Positions 26,650 through 39,836 of a stretch of DNA of 64,000 nt are shown piece after piece; the first letter of the stretch is position 1; each line of letters starts with the position of its first letter. The notes beneath the pieces were generated by a model, which searched no databases, was not told the origin of the DNA, and worked only from the letters and a program-made list of their open reading frames with translations. The DNA is from Camelus dromedarius (taxonomy: Eukaryota). The stretch lies in assembly GCF_036321535.1 (NCBI RefSeq), contig NC_087437.1, forward strand, positions 36,086,001-36,150,000, given 5' to 3'. Position numbers and translations under genes: made by a program.

Positions 26650-28440
26650 AGAGCATTATTATAAAGATTTGAATACTCTCCCAAGCTGATCTACAGATTT
26701 AATTCAATCCTAGTTAAAACTGCATAGCAATGATAAAAATATTTTTGGTCAAAATAGATAAGTAGATTCTAAATTTTATATAGACAGCAAAGGTTCAAAG
26801 AATAGCCAAGAAAATCTTAAAGAAGAATCAAGTGGGAGAATCTACACAAACAGGTATCAAGATTGTAATAAAACTATGACAATTAAGACAGTGTGGTATG
26901 AATGCAAAGACAGATAAATAGACAAATGTAATATAATTAAAGCAAATGCAAAGATATAAAGTTCTAATTTAAGAAAAAAGTTCAATCTAACAGGAAAAAG
27001 TTTTTTATTAAATTAGCATCAATTTGGATATTAATACAGGAAAAATGAATATTGTTTCATAAATCATACCGTATCAAAAAAAGTAATTTAATAATGTAGA
27101 TCTAGTTGTGAAAGATAAAATGATATAGCTTTTAGAAATAAAAAGAGACTGTCTAATGAGCTTGGTTTGGGCAAATATATTTTGAAAAGGAAATACACAT
27201 GCAAACACACATGCACTAACTGTAAAGGGAAACACTGATGAATTGAACTTCTTTAAGAATTTCTGTTTACCAAAATATCACAATTAAGAAACTGAAAATT
27301 CAATCCAAGAGTGGGAAAAGATACTTGTAATATATCTGACATATATCATCTATGTCTGACAAGGAACTCACAACCAGATTATAATTAAGCTAACAAAAGT
27401 TTTAATAATTAATACAAAAAAGCAGGCAGTCTTTTCTTTTTTTGTTAATGGGCAAAAGTTTTCAGCAGTCACTTTAAAAGATATGTAAGTGGTAAATTAA
27501 CATTTGAAAAATTATATAGCATTACTCTATGTATATTTTATTATTCTGAAAACAAACATGTTTCTGGTTCAAGGCAGAGGGTCTTCACTTACAACAGTAA
27601 CCACATCACTTCTCCACACTCCCTTTTCCCCATTCAGGATAATGCAGTGCCAGTCAAATGATTATGCTCATGCATACATAAAGGGAGTGTTATAAATGAA
27701 AAGAGAAGAACCCCATAATTAGCAGTGTGGGAGTTTAAATAGACTATACCATATCCCTATTCCTCTCCTGAGAAAATGAAAATGACCTGTCTTTGTAATG
27801 TTTTACATTCAGTTGAAATACAAAAGCATGGCTTAATGAAATAGGAGACAAGCAGGATGAAAAGACAGTTGGCTCTATCATTATATTAATTTATTTGCTC
27901 AGGAAGCCTTGACTATGGAAAAAATAGATGTAAATATTCATATATAACAGTGTTTCATTGACAATACCACAAAGAGAGATTGCTGCACACCCATCAGACT
28001 GAGTGAAATTATAAACACAAACATAAAACTCTGCCATTAATTAGTGTTACCAGGATGTGAAGTAATTGAGGCTCTCGTGTACTGCTGGTTGAACAAAAAT
28101 TATTGTAATCACTTTGGACAACACTTTGGCAGTATCCACTAAAACATATTACAATTTTTAGCATTCTCAATGAAAATAATATGTATAAATATTTATCAAA
28201 AACATGTATTAGAATATTTCATAGAAGTATTATTTTTATTTTTTAATTTTTAAAATTGTTATTTACTTTTTAGAATTATTTTTAATAGTGTCAAATTGGA
28301 AAGAGCCCAGATGCCCATCAACAGTAGAATGAATAAATAAGTTGTGGTCTAGTTATACAATAGAATATTCTAAGATAATGTAAGTGAATGAACTGTTGCT
28401 AAAGATAAAAATATGCAGGAATCTCAGAAGCATAAGCTGG
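26650..28440 (+). mobile_element. Old L1 (L1ME-like) ORF2/3' fragments, interrupted at ~27530-27960
   Basis: ccaagctgatctacagatttaattcaatcc, agaatagccaag, attaagacagtgtggta and cccagatgcccatcaacagtagaatg motifs. Confidence 0.75.
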
Positions 28441-28459
28441 TATCTAAGTACTCAAGGAC

Positions 28460-29527
28460 TATTGATCTCTGTGTTTGTTTTTGTGCAGGTACCCTCCTGT
28501 TTTGATTATCGTGGCTTTGTAATATAGTCTGAAGTCAGGAAGTGTAATTCCTCCAGCTATGCTCTTCTTGATCAAGATTGTTTTGGCTACTTGGGGTTTT
28601 TTGTGTTTCCATAAACATTTTTAATTTATTTGTTCTAGTTCTTTGAAAAATGCCATTGATATTTTGATATGGATTGCATTAAATCTGTAGATTGCCTTGG
28701 GTAGTATGGTCATTTTAATAACGTTAGTTCTTCTAATCCAAGAACATGGTATATCTTTCCTTCTGTTTGCATTTTCTTCAATTTCTTTCATCAGTATCTT
28801 ACAGTTTTCCGAGTACAGGTCTTTTACCTTCTTAGGTAGGTTTATTCCTAGGTATTTTATTCTTATTGATGCGATGGTAAATGGGATTATTTCCTTAATT
28901 TTTATTTCTGATAGTTTGTCATTAGTGTATAGAAATGCAACAGATTTATTAATTTTGTATCCTGCAACTTTACCGAATTCATTGATTGAGCTCTAGTAGT
29001 TATCTGATGGCATCTTTAAGATTTTCTATGTACAGTATCATGGCATCTGCAAATAGTGACAGGTTTATTTCTTCCTTTCCAATTTGGATTCCTTTTTTCT
29101 TCTTGTTCTTGCATATTACTGCAGCAACATGGATGGAATTGGAGGGTATTATGCTAAGTTAAATAAGTCAGAGAAGGGCAAATATTGTAAGATATCACTT
29201 ATATGTGGAATCTAAAAAATACAACAAACTAGTAAATATAACAAAAAAGCAGCAGACTCAGATACAGAGAACAAACTAGTGGTTATCAGTGGAGAGATGG
29301 AAGTAGGGGTGGGTGTGCAATATAGGGGTAGGAGAGTAGGAGCTACAAACAACTAGGTATAAAATAAGCTGCAAGGATATATTGCACATCATAAGGAATA
29401 CAATCAATATTTTATAATAACTGTAAGTGGAGTATAACCTTTAAAATTGTGAATCACTATATTGTATCTATAACTTACATAACATTTTATAGCAACTATA
29501 TGTCAATTAAAGAAACACAATAAAAAA
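28460..29527 (+). mobile_element. Artiodactyl-type L1 3' end (29112-29527, +) preceded by an inverted ORF2 segment (28460-29110, -)
   Basis: gcagcaacatggatgga...gtggaatctaaaaaatacaacaaactagt...gagaacaaactagtggtta 3' UTR ending in an A-rich tail. The upstream part is antisense ORF2. Confidence 0.85.
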
Positions 29528-29819
29528 GAACCAATATCATGGCAGTTTAATGTGCTATCAATTACTATACCAAAAACTAAGGATATTGTTGCTTATAAAA
29601 TGAAGTATTATGCAACCATTGAAATAAGAAAGAAAAAAATGTACTGCATAAAAATATTTTAAAGATATGCATTGTAAAGTGAAAAAAATTAAATGAATAC
29701 CATATATAGCCTGACATGAGCAAATAAAGTATACAGTATGATTTGAGAATTATATGTATACCTTATGCTTTGTTTATGCAAAGATGGTGTGTATAAGGAT
29801 AGGCACAGGAAATTATAAA

Positions 29820-30080
29820 AAGGTAGTATGGTATAGTGGCTGGAACTGTGGCCTTTAGATTCACAACATCAGGGTTTAAACACTGGCTTCAACAACCAGC
29901 TGTGTAAAATACAGTGTTTTAAATATTCTTGGACTAGTTAATTTAACTCTCAATTGTTTGGTTTAAACATAAATATTGGGAGTAGTAATATTTAACATTG
30001 ACACAAGTTTTTGTTTTTGTTGGGGGGCTACAATACAGGATAGTGTCTGATGCATTTTATATTGTTTTAATGATTTATAT
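29820..30080 (+). mobile_element. MIR SINE, decayed
   Basis: ggtagtatggtatagtgg...gggtttaaacactggcttc...ttaatttaactctc. Confidence 0.55.
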
Positions 30081-30189
30081 AATATAAATTATACTAATTA
30101 AATATATTTAGTATAATAATTATTACTGTTATATTAACAATAATGATCCCTTGGGAGGGAATTTAATTGAACCAGAGAAAAAACTAGAA

Positions 30190-31295
30190 ATCATATGCAA
30201 GATTTAACTATCAGAGTAGTAGAAGTACAGTGGATGTTGAATTTTCAGCTATGCCATGGCTGTTATGCTAAGGTTAAGTCTATGATTGGGAAAGACAGTG
30301 TCTCTGCAAGTTGAGATAGAAACTTGAAAACCTTCAATTCATAAAATCTTCCAAACCCTTTGATTGTGCTGAAGTGGCCCACTTTTCCCTATTAGAAGTT
30401 AGCACTGCTCCTTACCTGCATGTGATGCATAGGGCAATTACTTCTTTCTGTCTCACAATATAAACTCACAACCTGCTTGGCAAATAAGCAACTAGAGTCA
30501 TATAACAACATAATCTACTTAAGGAAGAACTGGGCTTCTCAAGGGAGGTAAGGGCCTTTACACTCAAGGAGTTTCAGAACCTAGCTAAGTGTAAATGGAC
30601 ATATGGCCAATGGCAAATGGTTAACTGGTTGACTGGAGTCTTGGGGACAGGTCTTGGAGAAGACATGTGGATTGACATATGAAAGGGCATGTAGTATGAA
30701 GATGTTTCTATTGGTCATGAATGCCCATCAGAAAGCACTTACTAAAGAAGAGACACTAAGTAACCATGTAAGCAGAATGACTCATCCACCTGATACCAGC
30801 CATCCTCTTTGCCTTTGTATTCATGATGCTTACCCACCCCCACTATACAAAAAATGACCCAGGGATGGAGTAGCCACAGTGCCAGAAATGGGTATTATGC
30901 ATGGGTCCCATTCCCATGGGAACCCATATGAACAAGCTGATATAGATACTGGTACTGCGAAGTGTTCAACATGCCAGTAAAAGAGACCAAAGCCATGCTC
31001 CAAACATGGTGTCAAAGGGACCAACTAGTCTTTAGGTGGCAAACTGGACTCATCAAAATCTTTCTAACATGGAAATCACAGAAATCAATCTTCACTGAAA
31101 TAAACATATGTTCCAGGTTAGCCTTTGCTTTTTTGTTGATTACAGGACCTTGGGCAGTACTACTGTCTGAAGGCTAGAGTGTTAGCTACATCCAAATAAG
31201 ATCAGACTATTCCCCGAAGTACTCCTTTAAAAACCTGCTGCACACAAATCTCTGTCTTCAAGTTTGTTTCTCAGGGAACCTACCCCAATACAATA
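30190..31295 (+). mobile_element. ERVL-type internal remnant (gag, RNase H, integrase) ending in an LTR16-like 3' end
   Basis: ORF 30654..30857 has MFLLVMNAHQKALTKEETLSNHVSRMT (ERVL RNase H, HVNAHQ motif). ORF 30962..31177 has WQTGLIK...WKSQKSIFTEINICSRLAFAF (integrase, WQVDYIG...GIDTYSGYGFAF-like). ctgcacacaaatctctgtcttc...cagggaacc resembles the LTR16 end. Confidence 0.75.
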
Positions 31296-31299
31296 CCCT

Positions 31300-31790
31300 T
31301 TGGCACATAATATTAAAACTGTTAGGAAACAAAGGCAAACAAAAATTTTAAAAGCCACTATAGTAGAGGGAAAAAAAGCCTGTTATCTTCAAAGTAGCAA
31401 TAAAAAGACTGACAGCTGACTTCCATATAGGAAAATAGGAGGCAGAAGTAAATGAAACAACATCTTTAAAGTGCTGAAAGGAAATTTCTCAGTGTAGTAT
31501 ATCACACCCAGGGAAAATAATGATCAAATGTAGAAAAGAAATGAAGTCATTTTCAGAGAAACGTAAACTGAGGAATTTGTTGTTAGAAATCTTCGCTAAA
31601 AGAAAAACAATAAATAAAGGGACTTGCTTCAGGAAGAACAATGATCCCAGGCAGAAGCCTGAGTATGCAAGGGGCGGGGGGGGGGGGGGGGGGGACCGGA
31701 AAGGAAACTTACAGGATAAATGGGGAATAATAAAAATGGGTAATCTCAAAGAAGGCAAAGTGGAGAAAAATAGACAAATTCAAAATCATA
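31300..31790 (+). mobile_element. Old L1 ORF1 C-terminal fragment
   Basis: agactgacagctgacttc...aacatctttaaagtgctgaaag and peptide EMKSFSEKRKLRNL. Confidence 0.7.
31671..31694 (+). repeat. Poly-G tract (G4-C-G19)
   Basis: Read directly from the sequence. Confidence 0.95.
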
Positions 31791-32869
31791 GTTATCTTTA
31801 ATAATACATGGTAGTTTAACAATCCCCCTTTGTTTGTTTGTTTTTAATTTATGTGTGCATATGTGTGAAGACTGGGAGGGAATCATTAAGCTCACCATTG
31901 GGAAAACATCAAAATATTCTTAATTATTGAGAATTTTGGAATAAGAGCCACCAAAAGTAAGAAATGAAGTAAGAAATGTCACTGTCCCTAGGTCAAAATT
32001 CTAAAGGGATGAGGAATATGAGTTCCAAGGTTCAAAAGTATTCATTAAATAGAACAGGTTTAAATAATAAAATGGATTTAGGAAATACTAAATCAGGAGC
32101 GTGATTTCTGTAACTGAAATAATTAACTGACAAAGGTAGAAGACCATGAAAAGAAAAATTCTATGACTGTGGGAGAATTAAATGAATAGTAAACAAAAAG
32201 GAGATCCACAATAAGGTAAGAGGCTTGAACTAAAAGGTAGTCACAGCTTTCCTTGATGGGAAAAACAATGGCTGCTGGATAAATTTGTGACTAGTGAATT
32301 AGTTAATTTAGATTTTGGTGAAAACTCATTGACTCTTTGCAAACCCTGTAAGCCAATAGCAAGTTCATGAATAAAATTTGGGCTTCTAGCATATAACACT
32401 GAGTGAAAAGATTTTTTAATAGTTTTTCTTTAAAATGCTAATTGCAGAGGAACTTTTGTGCATGCTGATCTCAGAACATCCCTATTCCAGATAATATGAC
32501 TAAGCCTCCCTAATTTCACAATGCCAACAAAAAAAGGGAGAATGAAGCAAAACTAATAAAAGTAGTTAGTGATATTACCCTCTTTATATTGGCTTTTCAC
32601 TTGTTTATAGATGTCATGTAGAAAGCATTGATATTCTAAGTATAGAGGGCTGGGAAAAATAATTCCCTCTTCATAAGAAAGCATAAAAACTAATAGTCTC
32701 CCAGGAGAAGATGATCTTCATCAGAAAAAGAACTCTCCAAATGAAAGTATGCCGTCCATCCTTGGGTAACATTTCCTTCCCCTAAGAAGTCAGTTCACAA
32801 AGACCAAGATAATAGATTTCACATTTTTCCCGCAGCAGAATGTAAAATATTCTGAGGGAATTCATAATA

Positions 32870-33292
32870 ACTATGGTGAGATTACCAGTGCTCACTTCTT
32901 AAGGTAACAAGTAGACTACATTTCTCATTCTTCTTGAATCAAAATGAGTATGTGACTAGTTTTCACTTAATGCAGTGTGAGTGGAAGTAGCATTTCAAGG
33001 CTGAGGTGCTGAAAAGTGGAAATGTCGTCTCTAATCTGTTTTACATTTTTTCAATTCACTAACTAAATGGAAAGTACTCTGAGGACCTTGAGGAGGAGAG
33101 AGCTACCAAAATAGAAGAAATCTGATTTCTAAGTTACTGCTTAAATTCAAGTCATTCATGAAAGACACTTACCCTCTAGGTAAGAAGTATCCCTCTGGGT
33201 AGTTGCATGAGAAGAAAATGCATTATATTTTTACATGCTATGGTGCTGTGTTTTTAGATTTTACCTGTTATACCATCTGGTATTACTTACTA
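32870..33292 (+). mobile_element. Old MLT1 (MLT1I/J-like) LTR
   Basis: agactacatttctc...tatgtgactagttt...gtgagtggaagt pattern. Confidence 0.55.
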
Positions 33293-34809
33293 TCTTTAAG
33301 AAGCAATTAAACCTGTTCTTTCCTGTCTATCTATGTGCCTAAATAGCATGTAAAAATTATTAGTTTCTTCCCAGAACTATGTGGCTTTCTTTTGTTATTT
33401 GACAAATACACCCAATTAAAATAACAATTCTTTTGAGTGTTTAAAGGTGTGCAAACCAACAAACATTTTTGGTAAATACATGTATACTATGCCAGGTCTC
33501 AGCTCTCAAGAAATTCATAGGTTAGTGGAAGAGGGAATAAAATAGATTAGTAGCCCTAATGAAAGGAAGAACAAAATGCCAGCTGTCACAGAGGTCACGT
33601 CAATGTAAATTGGGAACAAACTTCTAATGGTGTCCACTTAGATATGAAGATGCCAGATCAGGGTACATAAGGTTTGAAAAAACTTACGTTAAATAGTTAG
33701 TTGTATTTGTAAATCCAGAAAATTTGTCATAATATAAAGTAGACAGCTACTGTCTCTTTACTGAATTAGAGTTCTGGCATTAGTTTGCATATATGTCATA
33801 AATATCTATGGTTTATATTAACTTAGATTGGGTAATACTCATTTAGTGTCTTTATTTTTTATAAGATTATTTTTATCTTTAAAATTAGACACTTATTTTT
33901 GTACTTCTATTTACTCAAAAAAAAAGTTCTAACAGAGTAAATTATAGTACATTCAAGTAATGAGGACTTACTGAAAAAAAAATAAAATAAAATTCAGTCA
34001 TACCATGATAAATTATGGGTATATTTTGATTTGGTTAATTGAATTTTACCGAAGTAAAAGGTAATTTTCTCTTGGTTTAACTTCGTTTTAATTTTTTGCA
34101 AGGAAAATAAAAGCTATTTAAAGTGACTGATGAACTTGCTAGGAAATGAAACTTAGAAATAATTTACAAAATTAGTAGTCCAAATTTAGGAAAACAATAC
34201 AGTTAGGTACAATACAATGCAATATACTCCCACACAAAGTCTGCTAAGCAATTACTTGCTGGCAGTAAAGATCTTTAAATTTCAGTTAACTCATTATCTT
34301 TTACTGGTAATACTAATGTAATCTCTAGTTTCTGGAAATGGTTTCTCCTAATTTTTATGCTTTGTTTTTAAAAATATTTTCAATTAGAATCCTGGATAAT
34401 TTTGTACATGCTCAAAATTGTTTTAAAATTTTTGGCTTATTTTTTATTGAAGTATAGTCAGTTTATGATGTGTCATTTTCTGGTGTACAGCACAATACTT
34501 CAGTCATATAGGAACATATATATATACATATTCATTTTCATATTCTTTTTCACCATAAGTTACTACAAGATATTGAATATAGGTCCTTGTGCTATATAGT
34601 ATGAACCTGTTGTTTATCTATTCTATGTATATTAGTTATTATCTGCAGTTCTTGAACTCCCAATTTATCCTATCCAACCCCCTTCCCCTGCTGGTGGCCA
34701 TAAGTTTGTTTTCTATGTCTCTGAGAATGTTTCAGTTCTGTAAATAAGTTCGTTTGTCTTTTTTTTTTTTAGATTCCACATATAAGTGATATATGGTATT
34801 TGTCTTTCT

Positions 34810-37800
34810 CTTTCTGGCTTACTTCACTTAGAATGACAATCTCCAGGTCCATTCATGTTGCTGCAAATGGCATTATTTTTTTCTTTTTTATGGCTAAGTA
34901 GTATTGTAATACATAAATATAGCACAACTTTATCCAGTCATAAGTCGATGTACATTTAGGTTGTTTCTGTGTCTTAACTATTATAAATAGTGCTGCTATG
35001 AATACTGGGGTGAATGTATCTTTTTGAATTAAAGTTCCCTCTGGATATATGCCCAGGAGTGGGATTGCTGGATCATATATAAGTTTATTTTTAGTTTTTT
35101 TGAGGAACCTCCATACTTTCTTCCATAATGGATGCACCAAACTACATAACCAACAACAGTGTAGAAGGGTTCCCTTTCTCCACACCCTCTCCAGCATTAA
35201 TCATTTGGAGACTTTTTTAATGATGGCCATTCTGACTGGTGGCAGGTAATACCTCATGGTAGTTTTGATTTGTATTTCTCTGATACTAGCAATACCAAGC
35301 ATTTTCTCATATGCCTATTGGCCATTTGTATGACTTCATTGGAGAATTGCTTGTTTAGCTCTTCTGCCCATTTTTGGATTGGGTTGTTTGTTTTTTCTTA
35401 TGAAGTTGTATGAGCTATTTATATATTCTGGAAATTAGGCCCTTGTCAGTCTCATCTTTTGCAAATATTTTCTCCAGTTCTGTAGGTTGTCTTTTTGTTA
35501 TGCTTATGGTTTCCTTTGTTGTGCAAAGCTTTTAGGTCCCATTTGTTTTGCCTGGGTAGATTGCCGTAGGAGAACATTGCTGAGATTTATGTCAGATAAT
35601 GTTTTGCCTATGTTTTCTTCTAAGAGGTTTATAGTGTCTTCTCTTTAAGCCATTTTGAGTTTATTTTTGTGTATGGTGTGAGGGAGTATTCTAACTTCAT
35701 TGATTTACATGCAGCTGTCTAGTTTTCCCAACACCATTTACTGATGAGACTGTCTTTACTCTGTTGTGTGTTCTTGCCTTCTTTGTCAAGATTAGTTGAC
35801 CAAAAGTACATGGGTTTATTTCTGGGTCCTCTATTCTGTCCCATTGATCCATATGTCTGTTTTTGTACCAAAACCATGCTGTTTTGATTACTATAGCTCT
35901 GTAGTATTGTCTGAAGTCTGGGAGAGTTATTCCTCTAGCTTCATTCTTTTTCTTCAGTATTGCTTTGGCAATTCTGGGTCTTTTATGATTCCATATGAAT
36001 TTTATGATTATTTGTTCTAGTTCTGTGAAAAATGTCCTGGTTAATTTGATAGGGATTGCATTAAATCTGTACATTGCTTTGGGTAGTATGGCCATTTTAA
36101 CAAAATTAATTTGTCCAATCCAAGAACATGGGCTATCTTTCCATTTCATTAAGTCATCTTTAATTTCCTTAGTCATTGTTTTGTAGTTCTCCACATATAA
36201 ATCTTTCATTCACTTCCTTGGTCAGATTTATTCCTAAGTATCTTTTTTTTTTTTTGGATGCAATTTTAAAAGGGATGTTTCCTTTACTTTCCTTTTCTGA
36301 TATTTCATTGTTAGTGTAAAGAAATGCCATTGATTTCTGTATGTTAGCCTTGTATCCTGCTATGTTGCCGAATTCTTTTATCAGCTCTAGTAGTTGTGTG
36401 GAGCCTTTAGGGTTTTCTATATATAGTATCATGTCATCTGCATATGATGATAATTTTACCTCTTCTCTTCCAATTTGGATCCCTTTTATTTCTTTTTCTA
36501 GTCTAATTGCTATGGCTAGGACTTCCAGTACTATATTGAAAAGAAGTGGTGAGAGTTGGCATCCTTGTCTTGTTGCAGATTTTATGGGCAAGGCCTTCAG
36601 CTTTTCACCACTGAGTATTATTTTGGCTGTAGGTTTGCCATAAATAGCTTTTATTCTGTTTATATAGGCTCCTTCTGTACCCACTTTGGTTAGAGTTTTT
36701 ATCATAAATGGGTGTTGAATGTTATCAAATGCTTTTTCTGCATCTGTTGAGATGATCATGTGATTTTTGTTTTTTCTCTTGTTGATGTGGTGTATCACGT
36801 CAATTGATTTGCATATTTGAAACACCCTGTGTCCCTGGGATGAACCCAAATTGATCATGGTGTGTTATCTTTTTGTGTGTTATTGGATTCTGTTTCCTAA
36901 TTTTTTTTTTGAGGATTTTTGCATCTATGTTCATCAACGATATTGGCCTATTGCTTTCTTTTTTAGTGGTGTCTTTGTGGGCTTCGGTATCAGGGTGATG
37001 GTGGCTTCACAGAATGAGTTTGGGAGTATTCCCTCCCTTTCAATCTTTTGGAAGAGTTTGAGAAGGATTGGTATGAACTCTTTTTTTGTATGTTTGATAG
37101 AATTCCCCAGTGAAGCCATCTTGTCCTGGACTTTTGTTTGTAGGGAGGCTTTTTATTGCTAATTCTATTTCACTTTGAGTGTTTGATCTGTTCAAATGAA
37201 CTATTTCTTCTTGATTCAGTTTTGGTGAACTGTATGTTTCTAGAAACTTGCCCATTTTCAAAGGTGTCCAATTTATTGCCATATAGTTGTTCATAATATT
37301 CTCTTATGATACTTTGTATTTCTGTGGTATTGGTTGTAATTTCTCCATTTTCCTTTCTTACTTTATTTGTGGCCTCTCTCTTTTTTTCTTGTTGAGCCTG
37401 GTCAGAAGTTTGGCAATTTTGTTTTCTCCTTCAAAAACCCAGCTCTCTTGGCTTGATTGATTTTTTTCTATTGTTTTTTAATATCTATTTTATTTATTTC
37501 CCCCTGATCTTTATTATTTTTTTCCTTCTGCTGACTTTAGGTTTCATGTATTCTTCTTTTTCTATTTATTTAGGGGGAAGGTTAGGTTGTTTATTTGAGA
37601 TTGTTCTTGTTTTTTGAAGAAGGCCTGTATCACTATGAACTTCTCTGATAGGATTGCTTTTGCTACATGCCGTAGATTTTGTGTGTTTGTGTTTTCATTT
37701 GTCTCAGGGTATTTTTTAATTTCTTATTTAATTTCATTGTTAACCCATTGGTTTTTTAGAAACAAGTTGTTTAGTCTTCATGCTGTTGTTTTTTTCTTAT

Positions 37801-38518
37801 TTGTTTCTGTGGTTGATTTTTAGTTTCATGCCATTGTAGACAGAGAAGATGCTTGAAATAATTTCTTTCCTCTTAAATTTGTTGAGGCTTCTTTTGTGCC
37901 TGAGTATGTGGTCTATCCTAAAGAATGTTCCATGAGCACTTGAAAAGAATGTATATTCTTTTGGGGGGGATATAATGTCCTAAAAATATCAACCAGGTCC
38001 AACTGTTCTATTGTATTATTTAGTACCTCTGTTGCCTTATTGATTTTCTGTCTGGAAGACCTGTCCAATGTTGTTAGTGGGATGTTAAAGTCTCCTACTA
38101 CTATTATATTCCCATTAATTTCTCCTTTTATGTCTGTTAGTATTTGTTTTATGTATTTAGGTGCTCCTGTATAGGGTTCATATATGTTAACGTGTATAAT
38201 ATCCTCATCTTTTATTGCTCCTTTGATCATTATATACTGTCCTTCTTTATCTTTTTTTATGGCCTTTGTTTTAAAGTCTGTTGTATCTGATATAAGTATT
38301 GTTTCTCCCACTTTCTTGTCATTTCCATTTGCATAAAATATCTTTTTCCATCCTCTCACTTTCAATCTATGTGTGTCCTTCACTCTAAAGTGAGTCTCTT
38401 GTAGGAAGCATATTGTAAGCTTTTGTTTTATTATCCAATCTGCCACTCTGTCTTTTGATTGGAGCATTCTGTCCATTGACATTTATAGTAATTGTTGATA
38501 AATGTGTGTTTATAGCCA
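34810..38518 (-). pseudogene. L1 ORF2p (endonuclease/reverse transcriptase), multiply frameshifted
   Basis: Fragments in the ORF track: VAINTHLSTITINVNG, LQETH, VGDFNIPL, GTEG...[37 protein letters not shown]. Confidence 0.9.
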
Positions 38519-38823
38519 CTTGGAACTTTGTTTTCCAGTTGATTTGGTATTTACTCTTTGTTCCTTTCTTTTCCTTTTGTGTGTGTGTGGTTTGATAATA
38601 TTCTTTTGTATTAGCTTGGTTTCTTTTTGGTTTTTGTGACTGTTTTATGCTTGTGGTTACCCTGGTTTTCAAGTATGTTAACTCCTTACTATATCTGTTT
38701 GCTTTCAACTAGAAGTCATGTAGGCTCAAACACATCCTAAAAAGAATGAAGAAAAAAAGAAGAGTGAGCAAAAAAAATCTATATTTTCTTGCTGCCCTCT
38801 CCGACCTTTTATGATCTTGATGT

Positions 38824-38825
<2 letters not shown>

Positions 38826-38864
<39 letters not shown>
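38826..38864 (-). repeat. Pure 39-nt A homopolymer (T on +) in the L1 inter-ORF spacer
   Basis: Read directly from the sequence. Confidence 0.95.
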
Positions 38865-38869
<5 letters not shown>

Positions 38870-38958
38870 CTTCATGTTTATTTTCTTGCAACTCATTGTA
38901 GTTACCTCATTTCCAATTATGGTTTTCTCATTTATATAGCTTCCTGTTTCTCTTCTAT

Positions 38959-39836
38959 TTAGAGTAGAACTTTCAATATTTCTTTTAGCCGAGGATTATT
39001 ATTGCTGAATTCTTTTATTTTTGGCTTGTCTGTGAAATTCTTTATCTCTCCTTCTACTGTAAAGGATAGTCTTGCCAGATAGAAAATCCTAGGTTGCAGC
39101 TGTTTCACATTCAGGACTTTGAATATATCTTGCCATGCCCTTCTGGCCAGCATTGTTTGTGTAGAGAAATTAGTTGAAAGCCTTATGGGGGTTCCCTTGT
39201 AACTAACTCTTTGTTTTTCTCTTGCTGCCTTTAGAACAATTCCTTTAACTTTCACTATCTTAATTATAATGTCTTGGTATATGTCTGTTTGGGTTCTCTT
39301 TGTTGGAGACCCTCTGTGCTTCCTGTATTTGTATATCTGATTCCTTCTTTAGGTTTGGGAAGTTTTCAGTCATGATCTCTTCAAATACCTTTTCAATCCC
39401 CTTTGTCCTTTTGCTTTTTATGGGATCCCTATTATGCATATGTTGGCATAATTTATATTATCCCACAGGTCCTTTATATTGCTTTCATTGGTTTTTACCT
39501 GCTTTTCTGTCAGCTGTTCTGATTGGGTGACTTCTATTACCCTGTCTTCTAAGCCACTTGTTCATTCCTCTGCATTATCTAGTCTGTTTTTGACTGCCTT
39601 TACTTGGCTGTTATCTCAGCCATTGAGTTTTCTGTTTTTAATTGGCTCCTCTTTATAGTTTCTATTTCATTTTCAAAGTATTCTTTGTCTCTATTCATAG
39701 TCTCTTATTTCAGCCAATGCTTTTATCACTCCCTTTTTGAAGTCATGATCTAGTAGACTGTTGAAGTCTATCTCATTGTTCTTTCAGGGGACTTCTCTTG
39801 TTCTTTTAATTGGGAGTGTTTCCTCTGCTTCTTCAT
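38959..39836 (-). pseudogene. L1 ORF1p, disrupted
   Basis: ATG at 39836 (MKKQRKHSQLKEQEKSPE). The C-terminal part in ORF 38959..39255 reads VLKAAREKQRVSYKGTPIRLSTNFS. Not open end to end. Confidence 0.85.

Noticed and set aside
38709..38891. Poly-Lys ORF, and the poly-Pro/poly-Gly ORFs at 31489..31801
   Set aside because: Translations of homopolymer runs inside L1 sequence.
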